NCBI GenBank assembly: GCA_021777675.1
Contig: JAJYDG010000002.1
Span: 1-55,345 of the forward strand
Direction of reading: 5' to 3'
Length of the DNA stretch: 55,345 nucleotides
Origin: a bacterium
Lineage (GTDB): Bacteria > Patescibacteriota > Minisyncoccia > Moranbacterales > UBA2206
In this document: positions 47,738-55,345 of the stretch, one piece after another
How the letters are laid out: each line of letters opens with the position of its first letter
How positions within the stretch are numbered: the stretch's first letter is position 1
The notes under the pieces: generated by a model
What the model was told of the DNA's origin: nothing
Databases searched by the model: none
Seen by the model: the letters and a program-made list of their open reading frames with translations, nothing else
Translations under genes and position numbers: made by a program

Positions 47738-47765
47738 AGAATTACGCAATCAATTGCGTAATTCT
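47738..47765 (-). terminator. Hairpin terminator downstream of tRNA-Trp
   Basis: agaattacgcaat ca attgcgtaattct, a 13-nt inverted repeat, with TTTT following on the minus strand. Confidence 0.55.
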
Positions 47766-47773
47766 TTTATCTG

Positions 47774-47844
47774 CACGGGGTGTAGGAATCGAACCTACGT
47801 CAGAAGTTTTGGAGACTCCCGTACTGCCACTGTACGAACCCCGC
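47774..47844 (-). tRNA. tRNA-Trp (anticodon CCA)
   Basis: Hand-folded cloverleaf: acceptor GCGGGGU/ACCCCGU, D-stem GUAC/GUAC, anticodon loop CUCCAAA, T-arm GUAGG-UUCGAUU-CCUAC, discriminator G. CCA is not encoded. Confidence 0.9.
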
Positions 47845-47899
47845 AAACGCCAAAGCCGGCTCACTAAAATCATCCGACTCAGCCTTTAATTGCAAAACT

Positions 47900-48055
47900 T
47901 TATTTCATTTCCTTGTGCAAAGTATTTGTCTTGCATTTTTTGCAAAATTTTTTAAGCTCTAATTTTTCCTTGATTTTCTTCTTATTGCGCTTAGTAAAAT
48001 GATTAATAGAGTTGCAAACGCTACATTTCATTTTAACTAAATTTTCTCTTGTCAT
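47900..48055 (-). CDS. rpmG: 50S ribosomal protein L33
   Basis: 51-aa ORF below the ORF-track cutoff: MTRENLVKMKCSVCNSINHFTKRNKKKIKEKLELKKFCKKCKTNTLHKEMK. It matches the L33 pattern (C..C......K.....LELKK.C..C...T.HKE.K). Confidence 0.85.
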   Translation of the reverse strand: MTRENLVKMKCSVCNSINHFTKRNKKKIKEKLELKKFCKKCKTNTLHKEMK

Positions 48056-48094
48056 AATATTTAAATTAATGTTAATTATTCAAAAAAACTCCGG

Positions 48095-48167
48095 AGCCGT
48101 TGTCCGGAATCGGACCGGAGACCTTTTCCTTACCATGGAAATGCTCTACCGACTGAGCTACAACGGC
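48095..48167 (-). tRNA. tRNA-Thr (anticodon GGU)
   Basis: Acceptor GCCGUUG/CAACGGC, D-arm GCUC-AGUCGGU-AGAGC, anticodon loop AUGGUAA, T-arm UCCGG-UCCGAUU-CCGGA. Note the unusual C at position 55. Confidence 0.85.
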
Positions 48168-48189
48168 CTGCTCTTCTAATTCAATTTTG

Positions 48190-48272
48190 TGGGCCGGGAG
48201 GGATTCGAACCCCCGTAGACCGAAATCGGCTGATTTACAGTCAGCTGCGATTGACCACTCCGCCACCGACCC
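48190..48272 (-). tRNA. tRNA-Tyr (anticodon GUA), class II with a long variable arm
   Basis: Acceptor GGGUCGG/CCGGCCC, anticodon arm GCUGA-CUGUAAA-UCAGC, a 14-nt variable region, T-arm GGGGG-UUCGAAU-CCCUC, discriminator A. Confidence 0.9.
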
Positions 48273-48298
48273 ACTTTTTTCTCTATTTTTCATTAATG

Positions 48299-48370
48299 AG
48301 CCGAAGATCGGAGTTGAACCGATAACCTACTGTTTACAAAACAGTTGCTCTGCCATTGAGCTACTTCGGC
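48299..48370 (-). tRNA. tRNA-Thr (anticodon UGU)
   Basis: Acceptor GCCGAAG/CUUCGGC, D-arm GCUC-AAUGGC-AGAGC, anticodon arm ACUGU-UUUGUAA-ACAGU, T-arm AUCGG-UUCAACU-CCGAU. Confidence 0.9.
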
Positions 48371-48403
48371 AATATTTTTCATCTCTCAAACCTTGATAGC
48401 GCT

Positions 48404-48455
48404 ACTATTCACAAAACAGTTACTCTGCCACTCCGCTACTTCGGCAATATTTTTT
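48404..48455 (-). pseudogene. Degenerate partial copy of tRNA-Thr(UGU): 5' acceptor strand, D-arm, anticodon arm and upstream flank
   Basis: About 52 nt align with 48328..48379 with roughly six mismatches (ctactAttCacaaaacagttActctgccaCtCCgctacttcggcaatattttt). No T-arm or 3' acceptor strand is present. Confidence 0.5.
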
Positions 48456-48486
48456 AAATTTATTTTATCAGTATAATTTAATCTCA

Positions 48487-49206
48487 TTATTTTTTCAACA
48501 TCCTTTCCAATTTTCTCATTTTGTATCTGATATTTGAGCTTGTTGGATTTAATTTCAAAACTTGCTTAAAACATTCTTTTGCATAATCTAAATTTTTTAT
48601 TTCCAAATAATATTCCCCCAGCCTTTCATACGCCTCAATATCTTTTGGGTTAGTGGCAATTCTTTCAATTAACAATTCTTCCAGGCGATCTTTTGTTTCA
48701 CTTCTTCTTTTCGGCACAACAACACGATCACTGACAATTGGACGAAAAAACTTTTCTGTTGTTTCTTCTTGATATTTTTGTTGGCGCAAGAACATTTTTT
48801 CTCGCAAATCCTTCTTTTCTTGCATATTTTTTCCGCTACTGTTCACAATTCCATCTAAAACCTCTTTTTCTTCAGTAAATAATTCCGTATTCTTATTGTT
48901 TTTTTCAACATTTCTTCTCTTGCGGATACCTTCTCCTAAAATTTTAAATTTATTCTCCGACTTCAAAAAAATCAATCGAATTCTTCTGACTATTTTTTCC
49001 AAAATCGCCAAAATCACTCGATTTATTTTTGCGAAAATTCCCTCGGAAACTGATTGATTAGTGATAGCTTTTTCTTTGTTTTCTTTTTCGCTCAATTCCT
49101 CTCGTTTTCTCAATTCATTTATAGCAGAACTTTTTTTCACCAAAAACAAAATTATTCCGATAATACTCAAGATTACAAGTAATGGTGAAATAATTGAATA
49201 TGGCAT
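48487..49206 (-). CDS. Membrane-anchored protein with a C-terminal TPR repeat
   Basis: N-terminal transmembrane helix, K/E-rich middle, then a TPR-like segment AYERLGEYYLEIKNLDYAKECFKQVLKLNP. Confidence 0.5.
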   Translation of the reverse strand: MPYSIISPLLVILSIIGIILFLVKKSSAINELRKREELSEKENKEKAITNQSVSEGIFAKINRVILAILEKIVRRIRLIFLKSENKFKILGEGIRKRRNVEKNNKNTELFTEEKEVLDGIVNSSGKNMQEKKDLREKMFLRQQKYQEETTEKFFRPIVSDRVVVPKRRSETKDRLEELLIERIATNPKDIEAYERLGEYYLEIKNLDYAKECFKQVLKLNPTSSNIRYKMRKLERMLKK

Positions 49207-49210
49207 AAAA

Positions 49211-49987
49211 TTATTTTTTTATCTTTAACTGTTCCTTTTTCATTGTTACATATTTTCCATTCTTTGTTTTTACTTTGATTTCTTGGGTAATCGCGTTCAC
49301 CTCGATTACAGTTCCCTCTCCTTCCGGTGTTTTTATCATACTATACATTTCCGGCATTCCCGCCAACATTTCTCGATAACATTGCGCTTCATAGGCCAAG
49401 CAACACATCAGTCTTCCGCAAGAACCGGAAATTCTTTCCGTTCCTCTATGCGCGATTTGTTGAATACGTGCCATATCAGTGGTAATACTGGGAATGCTAT
49501 TTTTAAATTTAACACAACACAATTCTCTTCCGCAAACACCGCAATCGCCTAACTTTCTTGCCTCATCGCGAGAACCAATCTGCTGCATTCTTACATTTTT
49601 CTTAAACTGTGCAGAAAGATTTCTTACCAGTTCGCGAAAATCCACCCTCCCATCCGAAGTAAAGGCGAAAATGATTTGTTTGCCATCCAAACTGATTCCT
49701 GCATCAACTATTTTCATTGCCAAGCCCATTTTTTTTGCTTCATTCTTGCAAGAGTCCACTACAGCCTCTTTCTCTTTCTCATATTTTTCAAAAGTATCCA
49801 AATCTCGTTTTGTCGCTTGACGCAAAACTTGATCGTTTCCAGTTTCACTAACTTTCTCACATTCAACAACTCCAAGCTCGTTAATATGTTCACAAGACAC
49901 CACTACTCGATCGTTTTTTTTAAGCTTGATCTCACTGATGCATGGTCTGGCGCTTTCCCAGGAATATATTTTGACTAAAACGCTCAT
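49211..49987 (-). CDS. PSP1-domain protein (YaaT/RicT-like)
   Basis: The Cys-rich C-terminal motifs CGRELCC and CGRLMCCLAYE are typical of the PSP1/YaaT family. Confidence 0.75.
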   Translation of the reverse strand: MSVLVKIYSWESARPCISEIKLKKNDRVVVSCEHINELGVVECEKVSETGNDQVLRQATKRDLDTFEKYEKEKEAVVDSCKNEAKKMGLAMKIVDAGISLDGKQIIFAFTSDGRVDFRELVRNLSAQFKKNVRMQQIGSRDEARKLGDCGVCGRELCCVKFKNSIPSITTDMARIQQIAHRGTERISGSCGRLMCCLAYEAQCYREMLAGMPEMYSMIKTPEGEGTVIEVNAITQEIKVKTKNGKYVTMKKEQLKIKK

Positions 49988-50010
49988 AGGATAACTGCTA
50001 AAAAATTTAT

Positions 50011-50460
50011 TTACAACTCAACACGGAAGAATTCACCGATCTGGATATTTTCTCCTATTTTGGCAATTTTTTCAATTAACAACTCTTGGACTGTTTGTTC
50101 GGGATTTTTTACAAATGGTTGCGCCAATAATTCTTCTATAGTTTTTGGTCCGATAGCGGCAATGTGCATGGCGATATCTTTTGCCAACTCGACAAACTCC
50201 GTATTTCTTGCGACAAAATCACTTTCACAACATAATTTTATAATCGCACCCAGTTTATTATTTGGATGAATATAACTGGAAACAACGCCCTCACTCGCTT
50301 CTCGATCGGATTTTTTAGCGGCTTTTAGCTCCCCTCGCTTTCTAAGCAATTCGATTGCGGTTTTTTCATCCCCATTCGCTTCATCTAGCGCTTTTTTAGT
50401 TTCTACTATACCGGAACCTAAAAGCTCTCTGATTTTTTTAATTTGTTCTAATGTCGCCAT
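50011..50460 (-). CDS. tsf: Elongation factor Ts, short form (149 aa)
   Basis: N-terminal UBA-like domain (IKKIRELLGSGIVETKKALDEANGD...AIELLRKRG), then EGVVSSYIH...LGAIIKLCCESDFVARN. The gene lies directly downstream of rpsB. Confidence 0.8.
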   Translation of the reverse strand: MATLEQIKKIRELLGSGIVETKKALDEANGDEKTAIELLRKRGELKAAKKSDREASEGVVSSYIHPNNKLGAIIKLCCESDFVARNTEFVELAKDIAMHIAAIGPKTIEELLAQPFVKNPEQTVQELLIEKIAKIGENIQIGEFFRVEL

Positions 50461-50465
50461 ATTTT

Positions 50466-51272
50466 TTATTTAACTTTTTTCTCTTCAGGCAAAACATTTT
50501 TTTTAGCTTTTGCCGATAGAATAGTTTTAATAACATAACTCATAATTATTTTCAATGCCGAAACGGCATCATCGTTGGCGGGAATAATATAATCCGCATC
50601 TGCCGGATCAACATTTGAATCAGCAATCGCAATTACCGGAATATTCTTGTTTCTAGCTTCCTTTATAGCTAAATTGTCATCGATTATGCTTGCAACAAAT
50701 ACCGCTCCCGGCAAGCCGTACATAGTTTTTATTCCGCCCATTTTTGTCTCCAGACGCTCCAGCTCTTCGGCAAATTTCATTTGCTCAAATTTAGTATATT
50801 TTTCATATTCACCCTTTACCATTTTTTCTTGTCCTTCGCGCAAATATCGAGTGCGAGAAGATATAACGGAAAAATTAGTGAATGTGCCACCCAGCCACCG
50901 CTCTGAAACATAAGGCATATCACATTTTTTAGCGGCCAATTCAATAATTTTTTTTGCTTGTTTTTTCGTTCCGACAAAAAGAATCGGCTTGCCTTGTGAG
51001 ATAACCGTTTCCACAAATGCCAGTGCTTCTTTTAATTTTTCTTCCGTCTTTTGTAAGTTAATTATACTAATTCCATTTTTCACGCCAAAAATATAGGGGT
51101 TCATTTTTGGGTTCTTTCTTGACTTGTGATGTCCGAAATGCACTCCGCCACGAAACATATCTTCCACATTGATTTTCAAACTCGAAAAATCAACATCAGA
51201 AAAATAGTCGACAGCTTTTCCGATCTCTTTCTCGCCGGCACTTTCCAAGGCAGACGCTTCTTGTTTTTTCAT
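50466..51272 (-). CDS. rpsB: 30S ribosomal protein S2 (with an N-terminal extension of about 30 aa)
   Basis: GVHFGHHKSRKNPKM, FVGTKKQA, and the conserved rpsB-tsf gene order. Confidence 0.9.
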   Translation of the reverse strand: MKKQEASALESAGEKEIGKAVDYFSDVDFSSLKINVEDMFRGGVHFGHHKSRKNPKMNPYIFGVKNGISIINLQKTEEKLKEALAFVETVISQGKPILFVGTKKQAKKIIELAAKKCDMPYVSERWLGGTFTNFSVISSRTRYLREGQEKMVKGEYEKYTKFEQMKFAEELERLETKMGGIKTMYGLPGAVFVASIIDDNLAIKEARNKNIPVIAIADSNVDPADADYIIPANDDAVSALKIIMSYVIKTILSAKAKKNVLPEEKKVK

Positions 51273-51457
51273 ATTATTTATTCCTTTAAATTATTATAGC
51301 CTTTATATAAAGGATAAAGGCTTACCGCTATTTTTCGTTTATTTCGTTTTTTTCGAAACCGGCATTTTATCCTTATTTGATATTTCGCAAACAAGGCAGG
51401 ACAATGCCCGAAAAATATGAGATTTATACCTAACCACTATATCAGTTGATGCGCCAC

Positions 51458-51486
51458 TTGTCAATTTTCTTTTTATGTGCTAAATT
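51458..51486 (+). promoter_or_regulatory. Sigma-70 promoter for rpmE (TTGTCA, 17-nt spacer, TGcTAAATT)
   Basis: TTGTCA at 51458..51463, 17-nt spacer, TAAATT at 51481..51486 preceded by TGC. Confidence 0.4.
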
Positions 51487-51528
51487 TGGCTAGTGCTACT
51501 TATTAAATAATTTTATCGCCAGCTTTTT

Positions 51529-51783
51529 ATGAAAAAAGACATTCATCCTGAATATTTTTCAGATGCTAAAATAATTTGCGCTTGCGGAAATATCTTGGAA
51601 ACAGGATCGACCGTAAAAGAAATGAAGGTGGAAATTTGCTCCGCTTGCCATCCTTTTTATACCGGTAAGAAAAAATCCCTGGACACTGCGGGACGAATAG
51701 ATCGCTTCAAAAAGCGAGCGGAAAAAACAGCAGAAAAGAACGCGACCAAGAAGACTAAAAAAGAACGAGTTGCAAAAAAATAG
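51529..51783 (+). CDS. rpmE: 50S ribosomal protein L31
   Basis: MKKDIHPEY...C.CG......T.......[11 protein letters not shown] motif. Confidence 0.9.
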   Translation: MKKDIHPEYFSDAKIICACGNILETGSTVKEMKVEICSACHPFYTGKKKSLDTAGRIDRFKKRAEKTAEKNATKKTKKERVAKK

Positions 51784-51807
51784 CTATCAAAAAACTTGCT
51801 TCCCTGA

Positions 51808-51833
51808 AAACAGACTTCGTTGTCTGTTTTTTG
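51808..51833. terminator. Bidirectional terminator between the convergent rpmE and ftsQ-like genes
   Basis: acagac/gtctgt stem with a 6-nt loop, flanked by an A-run and a T-run. Confidence 0.6.
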
Positions 51834-51887
51834 TGTGATTATCCTAAAAAATTTTATTTTATATTTCTATTGTTTTTGAATTCCGGC

Positions 51888-52793
51888 TTAATTTTTTTCC
51901 TGCGAACTGCCGGCAATGTTTGAATTTGCCACACCAGAATTTTCCGTATTTTGTGCATCTCCTTTGAATTTATAAAAAACTTTATTATCCAATCGAAGAT
52001 CGATATATTCCAAATCTTTTTGATGATCGCTTCCGATTTCATTATTCAAAACGGCACGAAGCATTAAGGCTGACTTCTTCAAACCGACACTTTCATTAAA
52101 ATAAATTTTAAAATTTCCATCCGTCTCAACATCCAAATCGCCAGACATGCGATTAGGCGTTGTGTAGATATTTTTTAGAGAAAGTCCGGTTTCATCATAT
52201 ATAATCGGCGCCAATTCAAGGATAAATGTTTGAAAATCCGGCTCTAATGGTTTTTCTCCTGGCACTATCGCAATACCGCTCAAATCATTCAGTGTAATTA
52301 AATTTTCTTTTGCCAACTCATCTTTTGTAAAATTATCCGCCGGATAAGAGTTGCCCGCTTCATTCAGCGTATAACAAATATTTGCCGAGCAAACAAGCAA
52401 CAACAATTTTCGTTCCTTAATCGACACTTCCAATGTATCCGGAAAAACTCGATTGATTTGAACCGATTCAATGCGTTTGAATTTATCCAATATTTTTTTT
52501 TCAACTTCTTTCGTATTTATTAAAATTAAATTATTCTTATTTATCCATTTAAAATATTTTCCCCCTAAACACTCCTCAATAGTGGTTTGAATTGGTGCTT
52601 CCGATAATTTTTCCAATCCGGAAATTTTAATTGAAGTAATGGAAAGATAAGAAGAGAAAAACAATACAAAAAACGCTGTTGCTAAAAAAAGCAAAGCTGT
52701 TACGCGATATACCCAGGGATCCCAAGCTATTTTTTCCCCTTTTGTTATTATCGGTTTTTTTCTTTTTTTTTGTTGTATAATTACTTTTTGCAT
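51888..52793 (-). CDS. FtsQ/DivIB-like cell-division protein (POTRA domain)
   Basis: Transmembrane anchor, then ITSIKISGLEKLS...., then VQINRVFPDTLEVSIKERK, a POTRA-type motif. Confidence 0.55.
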   Translation of the reverse strand: MQKVIIQQKKRKKPIITKGEKIAWDPWVYRVTALLFLATAFFVLFFSSYLSITSIKISGLEKLSEAPIQTTIEECLGGKYFKWINKNNLILINTKEVEKKILDKFKRIESVQINRVFPDTLEVSIKERKLLLLVCSANICYTLNEAGNSYPADNFTKDELAKENLITLNDLSGIAIVPGEKPLEPDFQTFILELAPIIYDETGLSLKNIYTTPNRMSGDLDVETDGNFKIYFNESVGLKKSALMLRAVLNNEIGSDHQKDLEYIDLRLDNKVFYKFKGDAQNTENSGVANSNIAGSSQEKN

Positions 52794-52800
52794 TATTTTC

Positions 52801-53679
52801 CTAAAAAAATACCAACAAATTTTCTATTGCCAAACGTGCATTGGCATTTGTTGTATTTAATATTTTTTTGGTACTGGCAATTTTTTCAATCAAATCCAAC
52901 GCTTTATCGGGAAAAATATCAATTAATGCTTTTTCCCCCAGCACTGTTTTGCGCAAAACAACAATCCACAAATCCATTTTTTGCGATAACTCAAAAATAT
53001 CCTTACTCGCTTTTTCCGCAAAAAAAAACTTATCATTCAAATTCATTGAAAATAAAGATTTGAATTCTTCCAATATTTCTTTTCGTTTTTGCAATGCATC
53101 ACTTTCCGTTAAAAATTTTTGCGCAAAGCCCGGCCTTCCTAATGACCAAAAAATCAACGCTTCCCTATCTTTTTCAGCAATAAATATTTCAGCGATTTCC
53201 TTGTCAGACAGCAAGCTAAAGCGGATTATTTGACAACGAGAAACAACCGTTGGAAGCAAGCTGTTTTCATTTTCCGCCACCAAAACAATCACGGATTTCA
53301 ACGGCGGTTCTTCCAATGTTTTTAGCAGTGCGTTTTGTGCCGCAATATTCATTTTTTGCGCGCTACGAATAATTGCTACACGATATCCTTTTTCGAAAGA
53401 AGTCAGGCTGAATTCCTTTTCGATATTTTTAATTTTTTCTATTTTAATCTCTTTTTCTTTAAATATCCCGTCTTTTTCCTCAATTTCCGGCTCAATAATT
53501 GATAGATTTCGATTTAATTTTCCATCTTTTTCTTCGGTAAGTTTTCCGCAAAAATACATCGCTGTCAAAAATTTTCCCACACCTTCCGGACCGCAAAAAA
53601 GATACGCATGAGAGATGCTTTTTTTCTCAACCGCAAAATCCAATGCGGTAATTATTTTTTGATGTCCTTTGATTGACAT
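52801..53679 (-). CDS. holB: DNA polymerase III delta' subunit
   Basis: SHAYLFCGPEGVGK, AQNALLKTLEEPP, TVVSRCQ motifs. Confidence 0.75.
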   Translation of the reverse strand: MSIKGHQKIITALDFAVEKKSISHAYLFCGPEGVGKFLTAMYFCGKLTEEKDGKLNRNLSIIEPEIEEKDGIFKEKEIKIEKIKNIEKEFSLTSFEKGYRVAIIRSAQKMNIAAQNALLKTLEEPPLKSVIVLVAENENSLLPTVVSRCQIIRFSLLSDKEIAEIFIAEKDREALIFWSLGRPGFAQKFLTESDALQKRKEILEEFKSLFSMNLNDKFFFAEKASKDIFELSQKMDLWIVVLRKTVLGEKALIDIFPDKALDLIEKIASTKKILNTTNANARLAIENLLVFF

Positions 53680-54785
53680 AATTTATCTTCAATAAATTTT
53701 CCTATTGCCAGCTTGAATTTTTCTTCACTAAATTCTTGCGCTCTTTTTTTTATTAATTCACAATCAAATTCTTGCTCACTCTCCAAAAACCGCCTCACTC
53801 CATCAGCAATAACCTCCGGGGTTGCCACGTCAAAAAATTCTCCGGTAATTCCTTCTAAAAATATTTCACGAGCACCGCCTTTTTTTACCGCCAGAACCGG
53901 AACGCCAAAAGTCATTGCTTCTACTGGAGCAATTCCGAAATCATCTATTGATGAAAAAATAAATCCGCGAGCACCGGCATAAATTTGAGGTAATTTTTCG
54001 TCTTCTTGGAATCCCCAAAATTGAATATTTTTATTAGCAACCGATTCCAAATATTTTCTTTGATCGCCGGTACCCACAATCATCAAAGGCAATTCCAATT
54101 TATTAAACGCTTCAATAACCGCATCGATTTTCTTATCGGCTGAAAGGCGAGAAACGACCAAAAAGTAACGCCGATCAACCTCTATTTTTTGTGTATTTTT
54201 AGCAATAGTCACGGGCGGATAGATGACTGTCGCTTCGCGTCCATAATACTTTTTTATTCTTTTTTTTGTATAGTATGAATTGGCGATCAAATAATCCGGA
54301 CGATCTGCCGCAACATAATCCCACAAGCGGATATAATTCTTAATAATCCCGACTAAAAAATTTATTACGGCACATTTTTTTTTCCGGCGCAAATATTCAA
54401 CATTTTCGTCCCAAACAAACCGCATCGGGCTATGCAAATATGCGATATGAATAGTATTTAATCGCGTTATAATGCCCTTAGACCACGCGCCAGAACTGGA
54501 AATAACCAAATCATAATCGCGCAAATTAAAAATTTCCGGAGCAACAGGCAAAAAAGGTAGCAGCCACTTCTTATTTTTTCTGAAAAACTTTGGCCATTTT
54601 TGCAAAAAAGAAGTATGCACCTTTTTCTTTTTGAGCCATTCCGGAGCATTTTCTTTGGCATAAAGCAAGGTGTAAATTGGAGCATTGGGAAACATTTCCC
54701 CCAAAACCCGCAAAACCCTTTCTGCTCCGCCAAAATCAACCAAAAAATCATGTACCAAAGCTATTTTTAATTCTTTTTTTTTCAT
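53652..54785 (-). CDS. Glycosyltransferase family 4
   Basis: GT-B fold: N-terminus IALVHDFLVDFGGAERV, C-lobe SRLSADKKID...EDFGIAPVEAM..G.PV. Confidence 0.75.
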   Translation of the reverse strand: MKKKELKIALVHDFLVDFGGAERVLRVLGEMFPNAPIYTLLYAKENAPEWLKKKKVHTSFLQKWPKFFRKNKKWLLPFLPVAPEIFNLRDYDLVISSSGAWSKGIITRLNTIHIAYLHSPMRFVWDENVEYLRRKKKCAVINFLVGIIKNYIRLWDYVAADRPDYLIANSYYTKKRIKKYYGREATVIYPPVTIAKNTQKIEVDRRYFLVVSRLSADKKIDAVIEAFNKLELPLMIVGTGDQRKYLESVANKNIQFWGFQEDEKLPQIYAGARGFIFSSIDDFGIAPVEAMTFGVPVLAVKKGGAREIFLEGITGEFFDVATPEVIADGVRRFLESEQEFDCELIKKRAQEFSEEKFKLAIGKFIEDKLCQSKDIKK

Positions 54786-54792
54786 ATTTTCA

Positions 54793-55345
54793 TTATTCTT
54801 TCGTTAAAATCTTTGCGATTTGTCGTGAACATTTTTCCCAACTGAACCTCTTGATATTTTCATTACCTTTTTTTATTATATCATTTCTTAAATCTTTATT
54901 GCCAACCAACATTTCAATGGCATTTCCGATCATTTCCACTTCATTAGGATCAACCAAAAAAGCGCTCCCCTCTGAAACCTCCGGAAAAGACGAACAATTA
55001 GAAGTAATCACGGGCAAGCCAAAACTTTGCGCCTCCAAAATTGGAATACCAAAACCTTCGTAAAAGGTAGGGAACAAAAAAATACTGGCTTGCTTAAACA
55101 ATTGCCATTTCTCTTCTTCGCTGACGAAACCCAAGAGGACGATATCTTTTTTGTATTGAGATTTTTTCAATCTTTTTTTTATTTCATACTCTCCATAACC
55201 AAATCTTCCACCCAAAACCAATTTGTAATTTGTTTTATTTTTTTGCTTGAAAAGTTCAAAAGCGGAAATGATTCCCTCGATATTTTTTCTTTTTTCCAAT
55301 CTGCCTATAAAAAGCAAATATGGCTTCAATTTTTCAATTTTTTCT
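54793..55345 (-). CDS. Glycosyltransferase family 4, 5'-truncated by the window edge (C-terminal lobe only)
   Basis: The frame is open to the window end. LFIGRLEKRKN...YEGFGIPILEAQSFGLPVI is the GT4 E-x7-E region. Confidence 0.7.
   Translation of the reverse strand, partial: EKIEKLKPYLLFIGRLEKRKNIEGIISAFELFKQKNKTNYKLVLGGRFGYGEYEIKKRLKKSQYKKDIVLLGFVSEEEKWQLFKQASIFLFPTFYEGFGIPILEAQSFGLPVITSNCSSFPEVSEGSAFLVDPNEVEMIGNAIEMLVGNKDLRNDIIKKGNENIKRFSWEKCSRQIAKILTKE

Noticed and set aside
48072-48396. Two ORFs (73 aa on the minus strand, 69 aa on the plus strand) spanning the tRNA cluster.
   Set aside because: They are made up of tRNA-Thr, tRNA-Tyr and tRNA-Thr sequence. The open frames are a by-product of the GC-rich tRNA genes.
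40306-48486. Looked for hallmarks of a mobile element around the nuclease island: integrase, recombinase or transposase genes, terminal inverted repeats, and a direct repeat of the tRNA-Trp 3' end.
   Set aside because: I found none by eye, so I do not call a mobile element. The horizontal origin of the island remains an inference from its gene content and position.
1-55345. Checked whether GAATTC (the EcoRI methylase target) is avoided, as a clue to the specificity of the EcoRI-like methyltransferase.
   Set aside because: GAATTC occurs repeatedly (for example 8743..8748 and 14778..14783, and 41518..41523 inside the island itself). No avoidance is apparent and no specificity can be inferred. 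Family resemblance does not imply the same target site.
1-55345. Scanned for CRISPR-like regularly spaced repeats, rRNA genes and long dispersed repeats.
   Set aside because: I saw none. The only repeats found are the partial tRNA-Thr copy and the hairpins and terminators listed above.

Overview
AT-rich, gene-dense bacterial chromosome fragment read with the standard genetic code. Small housekeeping proteins, a 149-aa EF-Ts and many envelope and glycan genes suggest a reduced-genome Patescibacteria/CPR-like organism; that is an inference from gene content only. Contents: (i) translation genes: typA, rpsF-ssb-rpsR, efp, smpB-ssrA(tmRNA)-infC-rpmI-rplT, tsf-rpsB, rpmE, rpmG and a tRNA-Thr/Tyr/Thr/Trp cluster. 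(ii) A long minus-strand run of envelope genes (20.2-33.3 kb): ECF sigma factor, MacAB-type efflux system, PAP2, DedA, a GT4-GT2 fusion and two tandem double-GH130 proteins. (iii) A two-component system coupled to an ABC-2 exporter. (iv) The most interesting region, 40.7-47.6 kb: a tightly packed five-gene minus-strand operon directly downstream of tRNA-Trp. It encodes a NucS-like PD-(D/E)xK/DUF5655 protein, an EcoRI-like N6-adenine methyltransferase, a DUF262-HNH nuclease, an RloC/PrrC-like ABC ATPase with a CxxC hook and an anticodon-nuclease motif, and a DUF2779 nuclease/DEDDy exonuclease. I read it as a composite defence island with an undescribed gene combination. Other observations: a gene split at a U_UUU_UUU tract (8.2-9.2 kb), a two-tier GC-rich hairpin between the sigma and putative anti-sigma genes, a partial tRNA-Thr duplication, and infC apparently starting at ATT right after the tmRNA. 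I saw no CRISPR array, rRNA, transposase or integrase. All family assignments come from motif recognition by eye, not from searches.
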